A stretch of 64,000 bases of DNA, taken from assembly GCA_973895155.1 (NCBI GenBank), contig OZ316895.1:6096687-6160686 (forward strand). Reading direction: 5' to 3'. Under the pieces are notes generated by a model. It saw nothing but the letters and a program-made list of their open reading frames with translations. It was not told the DNA's origin and made no database searches. The DNA comes from Marsupella aquatica. Its lineage: Eukaryota; Plantae; Marchantiophyta. Shown here in pieces: positions 1-10,843 of the stretch; within the stretch, counting starts at the first letter, position 1; every line of letters starts with the position of its first letter. A program made the translations under genes and the position numbers.

Positions 1-2278
1 ATGATTGCACAAGACTCTACTAGTGCCAAAGGCTCAACTTGGAAGAATAAAGACTAAATTCTCATTCTCCAAGGTATAACCCCCTTCCTTCATTGACACA
101 AGACATGATGACCTGGGTGCACACATCACCCCTACTAGGTGACAAGCTACAAAAGGTCACCCTCCCCAACTCGTACATAACAAAGTAATGTAACAAAGTT
201 GCACCCAATACACACGGGGTGATAGGATCCACAATTGTTGTAGATATATAAAATTTTGGCCTAGGTGAGACCACTCAAGTCATAAACAAGCATGATATCA
301 GAATAGATTGTATATGCTCTTAACTAGACTCTTAACAACATGGTTGGAATCAAATATTAAATAAATTTACCCCCAATCTATCATTGGGGGGTTTAAAAGA
401 ACTCAGAGGTTAATACTCTTTTTCTCTAATTTTGAGATGCAATCAAATCCATCCAAATGTGGGAATAGACCAGATATCACTATACATTTGGTAGCACAAT
501 CTAGCAAAACCATTACCTATCCTAGTCACCTGCTAGTGGGTCCCTCTTTTTGCTGATTACACCATGTTACTTATCAAAAAATTTAGACCACCTCTGAGGT
601 GGTCTAAAGATTGGACCGTTACATGCATTTATCTTCACTACACCTGACATATTTTGTCTCAGATTTTGGCTCAAGCATTTTAAGTGTAGTGTAGGCAATG
701 GACTTCATATTGCAAGGGGTGAATATTGACTATTTGTGTCCCTGAGTTCTTGTAAGCCCCCCATTTAGCACAACATAAATGTTTCTGTTTTGTGCGGTGG
801 AAATTAACTGGGGTTAGCTGTTTTGCATTCAATGGATGTAATCACACCCAGTTCCTTGATCGAAGGGTCTGGGTCTCTGGCCATCAAGGTGACTTTGATC
901 ACCCTTGGGTCAGTTGATAGAGCATTGGATCTGGTGGTCCCATCCTCAGTACGTGGAGCCTCTGTCCAGGGCCAACCTATTCGTGCACACAGCCTCTGCC
1001 TTTGACATCTTAAGGGCAACCAGAGCTGTCTGATTGCAGGAATGGGTGCAGTGATCAAGCCACTGGATGTGAAGGAGCTAACCCAGGTTACATTTTTTTC
1101 TCCACAAATGACAACAGTGGCACTATGATAAATAAAAATATTAGTGGTAAGGTATATATTATGGCAACAAAGAGTGGCAGCCTAGAAAATAGCAAAAACT
1201 TGGATTTTGTATGATAAATAAGTCCAATGTGGGCACATGCCCTTGGTATGGGAAAGCAATCCAATGTGTGGGAGCATGCAAGACAGTCACAAAGTACATT
1301 GAATGCACTTGCCTTTTTATGCGCATTTACCACAAAGCAACAAGGACCCCTTCTTGCAAAAGGAACTTGCTAGGACCCCTGGTCCATTGCACCCCTTATG
1401 TCACCCCCAAATCCTGGTTTATGGAGGCGTTACAGTATTCATTTTACACAGGGCAAAGTGACAACTCAAGACGGGAGGAGTGAGTGACCCTTTGCAATGG
1501 TGCCCTTCAGAATACTTGGGGCTTCCTTCAAACTTGGGACACACTTCAGATTACTCTAGACTAACTTGCAGCCTGCCGTGAGGAATGGAAGCGATAGTGG
1601 CTTGGTTGCCTGTGCAACACCTTTCTAGTATGAATAAGTCTAAACCAAAATCTAAGGAATTTCCCAAGGATCCAAGTATTGTAGAGTGTAAGTTGGAAAT
1701 GTGATGAAAATAATCACATTGATAATAGTGGCAATCATAGTCAAGGTAGCATAGCTATGTATGATTATGATGAAGGATCTGCACTATTCACTACTGTATT
1801 TCCTGGAGGAGGGACTATGTTGAATATTACATTTTGCTTAGTACTCATTTCATATGTGTCCATCTAGACAGATTTTATAGTTCTTAGGAGCTGAAGTGGG
1901 GCAATGTCTTGATAGCCAAGGGAGTTATTAACCCTGTCTAAAACAGGACAGTATTTTACGCTGTTTTAAAATTTGGTCAATCAGAAAGAATTGAAATAAA
2001 TTGTTGTAAATCCAAAATGGAGAGTATTCTTTATTACATACCTTTAAACCTAATATAGGCCATTTAAAGTTCATAAGAGAAATATTCATACAAGACAATA
2101 TTTAGTTATAAGTTAGGTACTAAAACTAGCTCCCAATTGCTTGAGGTATCACAAAAATACACCAAGCACACCTCTCAAGGTTATGAAGAGTGAAGAGGAT
2201 CCAAACCTTGGCACTTTGATATGGGACACACTCTATTCCAACTTGATTGTCTCCTAGTACAGGTCCCATGCAATCGTT

Positions 2279-2637
2279 ATTTGCGACGAAAGGCAATCTC
2301 GAGGCACATTAAGAACCTCGGGTACACACCTGCCCACGCTTACTGCCCACCTTTTTAATATTTTTTTGAATGTTGGTAACGTGAATGATCCCCACTTTTT
2401 GGGTGGGGTGAATGTTAAAAAGCATTCTTTGACACAACTGGTTTCAAACCCGGGACCTCCCGATCCCTAACTGAGCTGTGCTACCATTGAGCCTCTCCAC
2501 AATTCGTGACAACATTGTTTCGCTCCAGGTATTTATCCTAATATCAGACGTAGTACATACGGGCAGCGGGCAGTACTGACGGGGTAATTAATGCGGATTA
2601 ACATTAATTATCCTCGAGATTGGCTTTTGTCCTTAAT
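2279..2637. mobile_element. Non-autonomous TIR element (MULE-like MITE), copy 1, ~359 bp
   Basis: Imperfect TIRs ATTTGCGACGAAAGGCAATCTCGAGG ... CCTCGAGATTGGCTTTTGTCCTTAAT. Flanked by TGCAATCGTT (2269-2278) and TGCAATTGGT (2638-2647), an 8/10 match taken as a TSD. Related copies at 50872-51249 and 51306-52379. The Mutator assignment is inferred from TSD length. Confidence 0.75.
2440..2494 (-). other. tRNA-like (Pol III A-box/B-box) segment inside the MITE
   Basis: Minus strand reads GGCTCAATGGTAGCAC...GAGGTCCCGGGTTTGAAACC: an A-box-like and a B-box-like motif at tRNA spacing. No convincing complete cloverleaf or anticodon arm. Confidence 0.45.
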
Positions 2638-2897
2638 TGCAATTGGTATGCATGTTCCTTGGAACTAAGTCTCAGTTGACATGCACAATTAATGCATGCA
2701 GTATTCTATCATGAGGCATTCCTGAAACAGTGTATGTCTGATGCATGTCCTAATAAGCCTTGAGGCAAACACATTTTCTATGGAGTAATAAAACACAACC
2801 AAATTGAAGGGAAGGCGGTAGGGAAGGTTGCTAAAAGCTTGACTTAGGAAAAAAACTCACTGGCAAGGTATATATTATGCCCAAAAAAGGTGATAAG

Positions 2898-3006
2898 TGT
2901 TAGACTCTACCTCTAGCCGGATGACCGGACCAGCCGGTCACCAGACATGACTATATGTACCACCACTCATGGCTATTCAGATATTCATTCTCATTCAACT
3001 CCAACA
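2898..3006 (+). repeat. 5' LTR (109 bp)
   Basis: TGTTAGACTC...CAACTCCAACA. Differs from the 3' LTR by 3 substitutions and a 1-bp indel. Contains the small inverted repeat TGACCGG-ACCAG-CCGGTCA. Confidence 0.95.
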
Positions 3007-3020
3007 CGTTATCAGCACGA
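3007..3020 (+). promoter_or_regulatory. Primer-binding site complementary to the anticodon arm of tRNA-Ile (half-tRNA priming)
   Basis: CGTTATCAGCACGA immediately after the LTR. Its reverse complement TCGTGCTGATAACG matches the tRNA-Ile(AAU) anticodon stem-loop TCGTGCTAATAACG (recalled sequence) except at the wobble position. Confidence 0.8.
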
Positions 3021-4638
3021 AGTCTCGGCCAGCGGAGCGAAAAGAGAAAGGAGAAGACCATGGATGATTGAATTTTTTTTAAGGTTGAATGGCGGATCGA
3101 GAGGACAGAGAAACATAGAATTCATAAGGACATAGGACCCAAGATCAAAGAGTCGAGGGCAGAAAAACAAAGAATTCATAAGGACACCGATTCGGACTCA
3201 TTGGAGGAGAAGAAGCGAAGAAACTTTGGAAAGCCTACGGAGATTGGAGGAGATAAGGAACAATGACCTATTAGATTGAATTTGCATTGTTTCAGGAAGC
3301 ATGAAACATCTCCATTGCCATTAATGCTGCTTTCGCTCTCAACGTTTCTGTTGTGCTAATTGCTCATAGATGAGTGCTGTGATGACTGTCCATAGACGAT
3401 CGCTGAGAGGTGTAGCAAAATCGTGATCGATTGAAGGTTGAAGGTCGAGGCAAAACCGGACTAGGAGCGCAGCGCAAATTAGACTCGTGATAGTTTTCTT
3501 ACGGAAGAAAGAAAGGAATAGAGGATTGAGGCACCGGTACCGTACTGGACTATCAAAGGGAAGAGGCGAAAAGGCGACAAGAACACAGCAGGAAGACGAT
3601 TTTTGGAAGAGATCGATGTTGATAAGGCAGACTGAGGAATCCGATGGAGCGAACCAGCAAGGAGGCAGACTAACAAAGTAAAAGAGAAAATCTTAGAAGC
3701 AGAACCTGATCGAACAACGGCAGTCTGGATGAAGCATCGAAGAGATTGAGAAGAAAAAAAAAGTGGAGCCAAAAGAGAGCGAAAGAATGTCGCTGCCGAA
3801 ATAGGAGCGCCACAGTTTTGCAGTAGGCCATAAGACTTTTCTCGACGAAGAGAATCGAGGCAGTAGCGAATGCCGAATGCAGGAAGAAGAGACCTTTGAA
3901 GGCAGAAATGGAGAGACGGACTTCAGATCACACACAGCAGAAGAAAAGAAAAGTTAGCCACAATAGAGCGACGAAGGAAGGAAGTCGCGATTTCATAAGG
4001 GACAACAAAATTCAATCGAGAAGAATGATGAGCAGAAATCGATCGGTGAAAGAAGGCCACAAGTAAAACGGAGATTCGAAGGTCACACAAAGAGGCGTGA
4101 AGGGGGCCACCAAGAGGTGTCAATTGAGCAACATTGCGAGGCAGGATGACGAGAGAAAACCGATAAGCAAACATCCCTCCTTGATTGCACAGTTTTTACA
4201 AAGTCATTTCCTGCACACCAAGCAATCCATGCACTTAACCAAATAAGAGTACATAACCGCAAAACCTCCAGAACTGCACACTGTAACAAAGAAGATTAAC
4301 TTTACAAAAGATGCATGTGCACTTAACCAGGGCACGACTAAACAATCACCCATAACTGCAACCCTAAGTGCACAACCGGATAACTGCACAACTTCACAAA
4401 GGAAATAGCAATTACAAAGGAAACCTTGCAGTTATACATTTACAAAGAAAACCAACTTAATAAGTGCAAACCCTAAATTCTGCAAAAACCCAATCATTCT
4501 TGCTTTACTCGCCAATGACTTAGATCGCTTTCCTCAACCCCTTTTTTCACCATTGCATGCGGCAAATGTGCATTGTCTTTTGACTATATATATTATATAT
4601 CAACACGCACACCACCGCTGCACACCAGGACCCTAGAG

Positions 4639-7600
4639 ATGGCCAACCTTGAGAAACTCACCTTCCCCGCCCTAGAAATTGATGGCGGCAACTACCTAGA
4701 ATGGTCCATGAACCTAAAAGAAAACCTAACCTCGCTAACCCTACTCCCTGCGATAGGGCTCACTCAACCTATCCTTGTCGGCGAACCACAACCAGACCCA
4801 TTGACTAAAGCCAACGAATCTAAAGCTCTAGTATTCCTGAGACGCCATATCCATAGATTCCTCCAGAGACAATACATGCACCTTTCGACCCCTCGGGAAC
4901 TATGGACAGCGCTACAGACCCAATTCGACCACCAAAAACTGGTCGAATTACCTAGAGCCAGGCAAGACTGGCTAAACTTGCGAGTCCAGGACTTTACCTC
5001 GATATCAGCCTACAATAGTGAACTCTTTAGAATAACCTCAACCCTCGCACTATGTGGCGAGCCAGTTACGGACAAGGATCTGCTAGAGAAGACCTTGTCG
5101 ACATTTCATTCATCGAATGTGTGGCTATCAACATAGTATCGAAACATGAAGTTCGGGCAATACTCCGAGCTCATAGCCCACCTCCTAGTCACCGAAAGAA
5201 ACCAAGAGCTCCTTTTGGTAAACTCAAGAAAACGCCCTGCAGGCACATTGCCCTCAGGACAAGAGAATGAAACCCACAACATAGAAAATGCTGAACCCTC
5301 CACATCGAAGCAAAGCACTAAACGCACTAAGAATAGCAACTGTAGAAACACCCACAACAGGGGGAGTTTCTATAACCAACGTCCACAATATAACTCCCAA
5401 CGAACCTTTCGAGGACGTGGAGGACGAGGCGGACGTGGCGGACGCGGAGGACGCGGTGGTGGTAGACCATATAACAACAACCGTAGGAATGATCGGTCAC
5501 AATCCCGACAACAACGGGAACGACCGAAATGCCATGAATGTGGCATGACAAACCACCTCGCGAGAAACTGTAAAATCCCGCAACACCTTAGAGATTTATA
5601 TCAATGGTCCATCCAGGATGGACAAACCTCAAGGCCACCACCCCGTGAAACCCACGGGGCATTTATGGAGTCTAGTGACCCATTCCAAGACTTCTCAGAC
5701 CTACCCGCCCAACCCAAGGCACACTTAGTGGCCAGTAGCTCCACTACACCAGACTTAAATAGTCTAAGCACATGTATCATTGACAGTGCCATGACACATA
5801 CTATCCTCCAGGATAAACACCTTTTTCACATGATTACACCATCACATAGGTCCCTGACCACTATAAATGGTCCTAGTCAAATAGAAGAGGGCTTCGGCCC
5901 AACTTCTATTAGACTCCCGTAGGGTACCGAAATACACATAGAATCTGCCATTTTTGCCCCAAACGCAACTCGTAATCTCCTCAGCTTTAGAGATATACGA
6001 GCAAATGGGCTACATGTCCAAACTGGCGATACCAGAGACCAAGAGGTCATTCACTTGGTTGAAAATACCCCTACGGGAAAATAATTAAAGAGACACTTTT
6101 CTCGTATCCTTGCGGGTTTTATGTAACTCATATTGAATGCCAGCATAACAATGCCAACACAAGCGAATTGCATGCGCTATGGCATGCATGCCTCGACCAC
6201 CCTGGCCAATCAATGCTAACAAAAATCATTAAGAATTCAAGTGGCATTCCAATCAATACACGCCACATCCCAGTGAACACCCCATGCACTGCATGCTCAC
6301 GCGGCAAGTTAATAACAAGGCCCACGGCATCAAAATTGCCAAATTACCATGTCAAGTAATGGTCCCCATTACTCCACCCAAACGAACCAAGATGGGACCC
6401 CAATGACAGTTGGGGATATACATCGGATTCGACTCACCGTCCATAATCCGATATATGGAACCTACAACTGGCGATGTTTTTAAATCTAGATTCCTAGATT
6501 GTCATTTTGATGAACATGTTTATCCACAGTTAGTAACCCCTGAACACCCACAACCACCTTTGGAGTGGGAAATACATTCGCCATTTTGGCAAGACCTTAG
6601 AACGAATCAAGGGGAGAAAGAAGTTCAACGAATTTTGCAACTCCACAAGATTGTGGAAGAACTTCCTGACGCTTTCGTTGACACATCACAACTTACCCGC
6701 TCACATATTCCAGCTGCGAGAGCATCTGCTCGCATCAAATTATCAAGTGAGCCAGCAAGTACATCCCAACCTCGTGCCAAACGAGGCAGACCTTTGGGAT
6801 CAAAAGATAAACAACCGAGAAGGCGTGGTTCATCTATACCACCTTCACCTGATGTCGACCATACCGAATCTACATCCCATGAAGAGATCTCTATCCACTA
6901 CGCACACACAGGTGCGATGTGGGATAGAAATACTACTTCAATAGATGATGCTTTTGCATTAATGGTGGCAACACATATCACTGACGATACACCAGAACCA
7001 ATATCCATCTTAGAATGCCAAAACAGACCAGATTGGCCTGAATGGCAAAAAGCTATAAACGGAGAATTAGATTCCCTACTAAGCAGACACACTTTTGGCC
7101 CAGTCGAGCCAACACCACAAGACGTACACCTAATTGGCTACAAGTGGACATTTGTCCGCAAAAGAAATGATAAAGGCCAAGTTGTACGCTATAAAGCACG
7201 TCTGGTAGGGAAAGGATTTACCCAACAATCGGGAATTCATTACGATGAAACCTACTCACCGGTTATGGATAGCACAACATTCCGATACCTTATCGGATTT
7301 GCCATTTTCCATCAACTACAGATGCGACAACTGGATATTGCAACTGCATATCTATATGGCACTTTAGACACCTGTCTATACATGCGATCACCTCCTGAGT
7401 TGGAGCAACGACGCCGAGCTTTAGCTCAAGGCGCTAAATCGCATATCCCATATTTACATAACATTATAACACAATTATCTCAAGTTACACCTAATGTGTC
7501 ATCTACACATGTAACTCATAACAACGACACCGCTGTGTCAACCGTACGGAATACTCGCCGCGGACTAGCTATCCGCGTGTTGAAGGCATTATATGGCCTG

Positions 7601-8755
7601 AAACAAAGTGGCAGAGTATGGTATCAAAGATTTACTGATGAAATGATTGCCATGGGTTTTTCCCATGATGCCATCACACCATGTTTATTTATTAAACATG
7701 TGGATGATGAATATGTTATCGTTTCTATTTATGTTGATGACTTAAATATATTAGGGACACCCCAAATTACAGAAGATACTATCACTAATCTTAAATCCAC
7801 ATTTGAGATGAAAGACCTTGGACATACAAACTTTTGCTTAGGCTTACAACTAGAGATCCTACCCACTGGCATGATACTCCATCAAACAACACAAACTGAA
7901 AAGATCCTAAAATAGTTCAATATGAACCTAGCACACCCATTGACGTCACCAATGGTTGTAGGTTCATTAGAAAACAATACTGATGTTTTTCGCAAACGCG
8001 AAGAACACGAACCAATATTAGGACCAGAAACCCCATACCTTTCTGCGATAGGAGCATTAATGTATCTAGCAAATCAGACACGATCAGATATTGCATTTGC
8101 AGTTAACTTACTAGCCAGACATAGTGCAACTCCCACAGCCAGACACTGGAACGGAGTTAAGCACGTATTTAGATATCTACGTGGAACCACCGATACCGGA
8201 TTATTTTACCCATTCGGTGCAAACCACGAGCTCATAGGATATGCGGATGCCGGATATCTCTCCGACACTGATACCGCAAAATCCCAAACCGGATATGTTT
8301 TTACTGTAGGGGGTACCCCTTTTTCTTGGAAAAGCATGAAACAGACCCTAACAGCAACCTCATCGAATCACTCAGAAATCTTAGCTCTACATGAGGCTAG
8401 TCGTGAAGCCGTTTGGTTACAATCCTTTATAAATCACATCAACACCAAATGCGGCCTACCACCACTAACGAAGCCTACTAACATTTTTGAGGATAACGCA
8501 TCATGTATACAGCAGATCACGAAAGGATTCATCAAAGGCGATCGCATGAAGCATATAGCTCCGAAAATTTTCTACACCCACGAGTTACATGGAAAAGAGA
8601 TCAACATTTTGCAGATTTCAAGTGTAGACAACTGTGCGGATCTCTTCACCAAATCACTATCGCCATCAGTTCACCACCGACACTGCCAAGCAATTGGACT
8701 ACGGAGCGTGCGACGCATGATGACCGTGGAGGCTACTGCTCCACATGATACTTGA
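4639..8755 (+). pseudogene. Disrupted gag-pol polyprotein of the copia element
   Basis: Gag from ATG 4639 (MANLEKL), CCHC knuckle CHECGMTNHLARNC, protease CIIDSAMTHTIL, GAG-pre-integrase LWHACLDHPG...CTAC, RT (YKARLV, LYGLKQSGR, IYVDD) and RNase H (YADA, SSNHSE, FEDN, ADLFTK). In-frame stops at 5134, 5920, ~6404 and 7913, a frameshift near 6120, and no integrase catalytic core. Confidence 0.93.
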
Positions 8756-9058
8756 TGATGCTGACGACATGCTGTTGACGACCGACTGATGAAACAGATG
8801 TTAAAACTTAGATTTACTATAGCATCTAACTTTACTTAACATTGACATTTATTACGACGAGGACTGTTAGACTGCACTCTTTTTCCTTTAGCACTCATAT
8901 TTTTCTCTGCTACACTGGTAGAGTTTTTACTAAGCTAGAGTTGATAAAGTTTTTTTAACGAGACAGTCTACCTCGCTTGTACTTATATCATGTATTTCAT
9001 ATGAACATGATATAATAGGTATAGTCTATGTTGTCTATATAGTTGTCACTATATATCC

Positions 9059-9067
9059 AAAGGGGAG
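9059..9067 (+). promoter_or_regulatory. Polypurine tract
   Basis: AAAGGGGAG directly abutting the TG of the 3' LTR. Confidence 0.85.
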
Positions 9068-9175
9068 TGTTAGACTCTACCTCTAGCCGGATGACCGGAC
9101 CAGCCGGTCACCGGACATGACTATATGGACCACCACTCATGGCTATCAGATATTCATTCTCATTCAACTCAAACA
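9068..9175 (+). repeat. 3' LTR (108 bp)
   Basis: Near-identical to 2898-3006 and followed by the TSD ATAAG. Confidence 0.95.
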
Positions 9176-10843
9176 ATAAGATAGTAATTCCATGTGATTC
9201 TTTTACATGTGTGAGTGTAGTTTGTTTGTAAACTACTCATTAGTGGAGTACATCGTAAGGGGCTGCTTTTTTGATTTGGAGTAGTTTGTTTCCCTCCAGT
9301 CCCCATGGAGCCTTTGGTCCGAATAAGTCGTAACGAAATTTGGCCAGGGCGTTGAGGGGCACGTGAGGTTGACCACAAAAGTGAAGCTGCACGTCAGAAA
9401 TCTTGAAAGCTGCGTCTAGTCTAGTACAGCAGAGACGAAATCCTAGGAATCCATCATCGGATGCACCGTGAGCGGCGATGCAATCCTAGAATTCCATCAT
9501 CAGGCACCGGTATGTAGATTCTGTAGGGCCGAAAGCTCTGCTCGTTTGCTGCCCAGCTTCGTTGCTGGTACTCTGTGATCAAGATTCAGGATTCAGAGAG
9601 AAGCAACTCAGCAAGCCAGGGCTTCTGACGTCACGGTGAAGTTGTGAGTGGCAATCGAGATCTAAGATATTGGTCTTCCTCTGTTGGCTTTTAGATACAC
9701 TTTCTGTACAGCACTGTCCTGTCCTGCATTCTCGATGTAACGAGATGCCTTCCCTTCCTGTAGTCCGAGGTCGGCAGATGATGTACAAATGGGACTAGAG
9801 TCTCAGCAAGTTTCCGAGAAGTACCCCACACCTGCTGTGGATTCCTCTCTGTTGAGCATTGACTAAGTCGATATAACGATCTATTGATTTCATGTTTAGG
9901 ATCTCATCCAAGACTCCCTTTTTCGGAGGGGGCTTGCTTTTTGGGGGGTTGAGTTGGAGGGGAGAGAGTGGAGTTGCTGCAGCAGCTTGCAGGAGCACAG
10001 AGATCTGATGCAAGATAGCGGCACGGAAGGCGGCTGAGACGTTTTCCAGTTGTCCTGCTACTTGGAAAGAGAGGTAGACGTCACACATCATCTCGAAGAC
10101 TGATTGGAATGATTTGATTGAGGAATTGCTTTGGTAGAAGACCTGACTTCGAATTCGAAATGGGTTGAGCAGTTTTGTGCAATACTGTAGCTGAATGGAA
10201 TGGCTGTTGCAAGCAAGTCAAAGCTCCTGGTGTGTGAAAAAATAGACTAGTGAGGGAGTTGATCTGTGTGTCGGGAAGCCGTCCGAAGCTCTCTGTTTTC
10301 TTCAGGTTGCTTGCTTGTGGACATAGATTCGGAAGTGTGATGAGACCCCTGTGCCAATCTTTTAACTCGCAACTAGAGCAATCCTTGTTCACCCGGGGGA
10401 AGAGTGAAAAGCTGCAGTCCTTTTCATAGTAAACGGCGGTGCATATCTCTCGGACTTTGACCCCAGAACCTGAAAAACCCACATCAGTCCCTCTAGGCAC
10501 CGCTCTGTTTCCCGAGAAATGCCAGACATACAGTTTGCGAACTCCATTCAACTGGTGAGATTGGTGAGCTGACAGTCGTCATTCACTGTGCAGGGGACGG
10601 GGTGGGTTGCGAGTGCCTGGAGACGTCCTCCATCTGCTTTAAGCTGATCTTGTAATAAATCAACATATGGATAGTGAAAGACAGGTCCCCTGATCTAGCG
10701 GAGTGTTCCAGCTTCAACCATTGTTTCTCTGCAATTGGAGGGAGCAATTCTTCTTCTTCTAAGGCCAGGAGTCCCACCCACCTAGTCTCCTCCTACAAGT
10801 GAGAGCAAGTGCTGTTGAGGGAGCTACCAGACGGTCATCAGTG

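Larger units (their letters stand above)
2898..9175 (+). mobile_element. Full-length, defective Ty1/copia LTR retrotransposon (Bianca-like)
   Basis: TG...CA LTRs at 2898-3006 and 9068-9175. Perfect 5-bp TSD ATAAG (2893-2897 and 9176-9180). PBS after the 5' LTR and PPT before the 3' LTR. Gag-PR-(IN)-RT-RNaseH order. Motifs RNLLSFRDIRANG, TKMGPQ, GIYIGFDSPSIIRY and ETYSPVMD resemble the Bianca lineage as I recall it. Confidence 0.95.

Noticed and set aside
370-390. Inverted repeat CCCCCAAT-CTATC-ATTGGGGG resembling a terminator
   Set aside because: Eukaryotic context and an isolated short palindrome; no supporting feature.
1-2200. Possible decayed LINE or other TE on the minus strand
   Set aside because: CpG-poor with short ORFs, but no motif I can recognise with confidence; left unassigned.
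5415-5465. RGG repeat (GGACGTGGAGGACGAGGC...)
   Set aside because: Ordinary nucleocapsid low-complexity region of Gag.
10799-10843. Upstream GTG start of the 660-aa VSR ORF in the track
   Set aside because: Non-ATG start is unlikely in a plant nuclear gene; the first ATG at 10844 was used.
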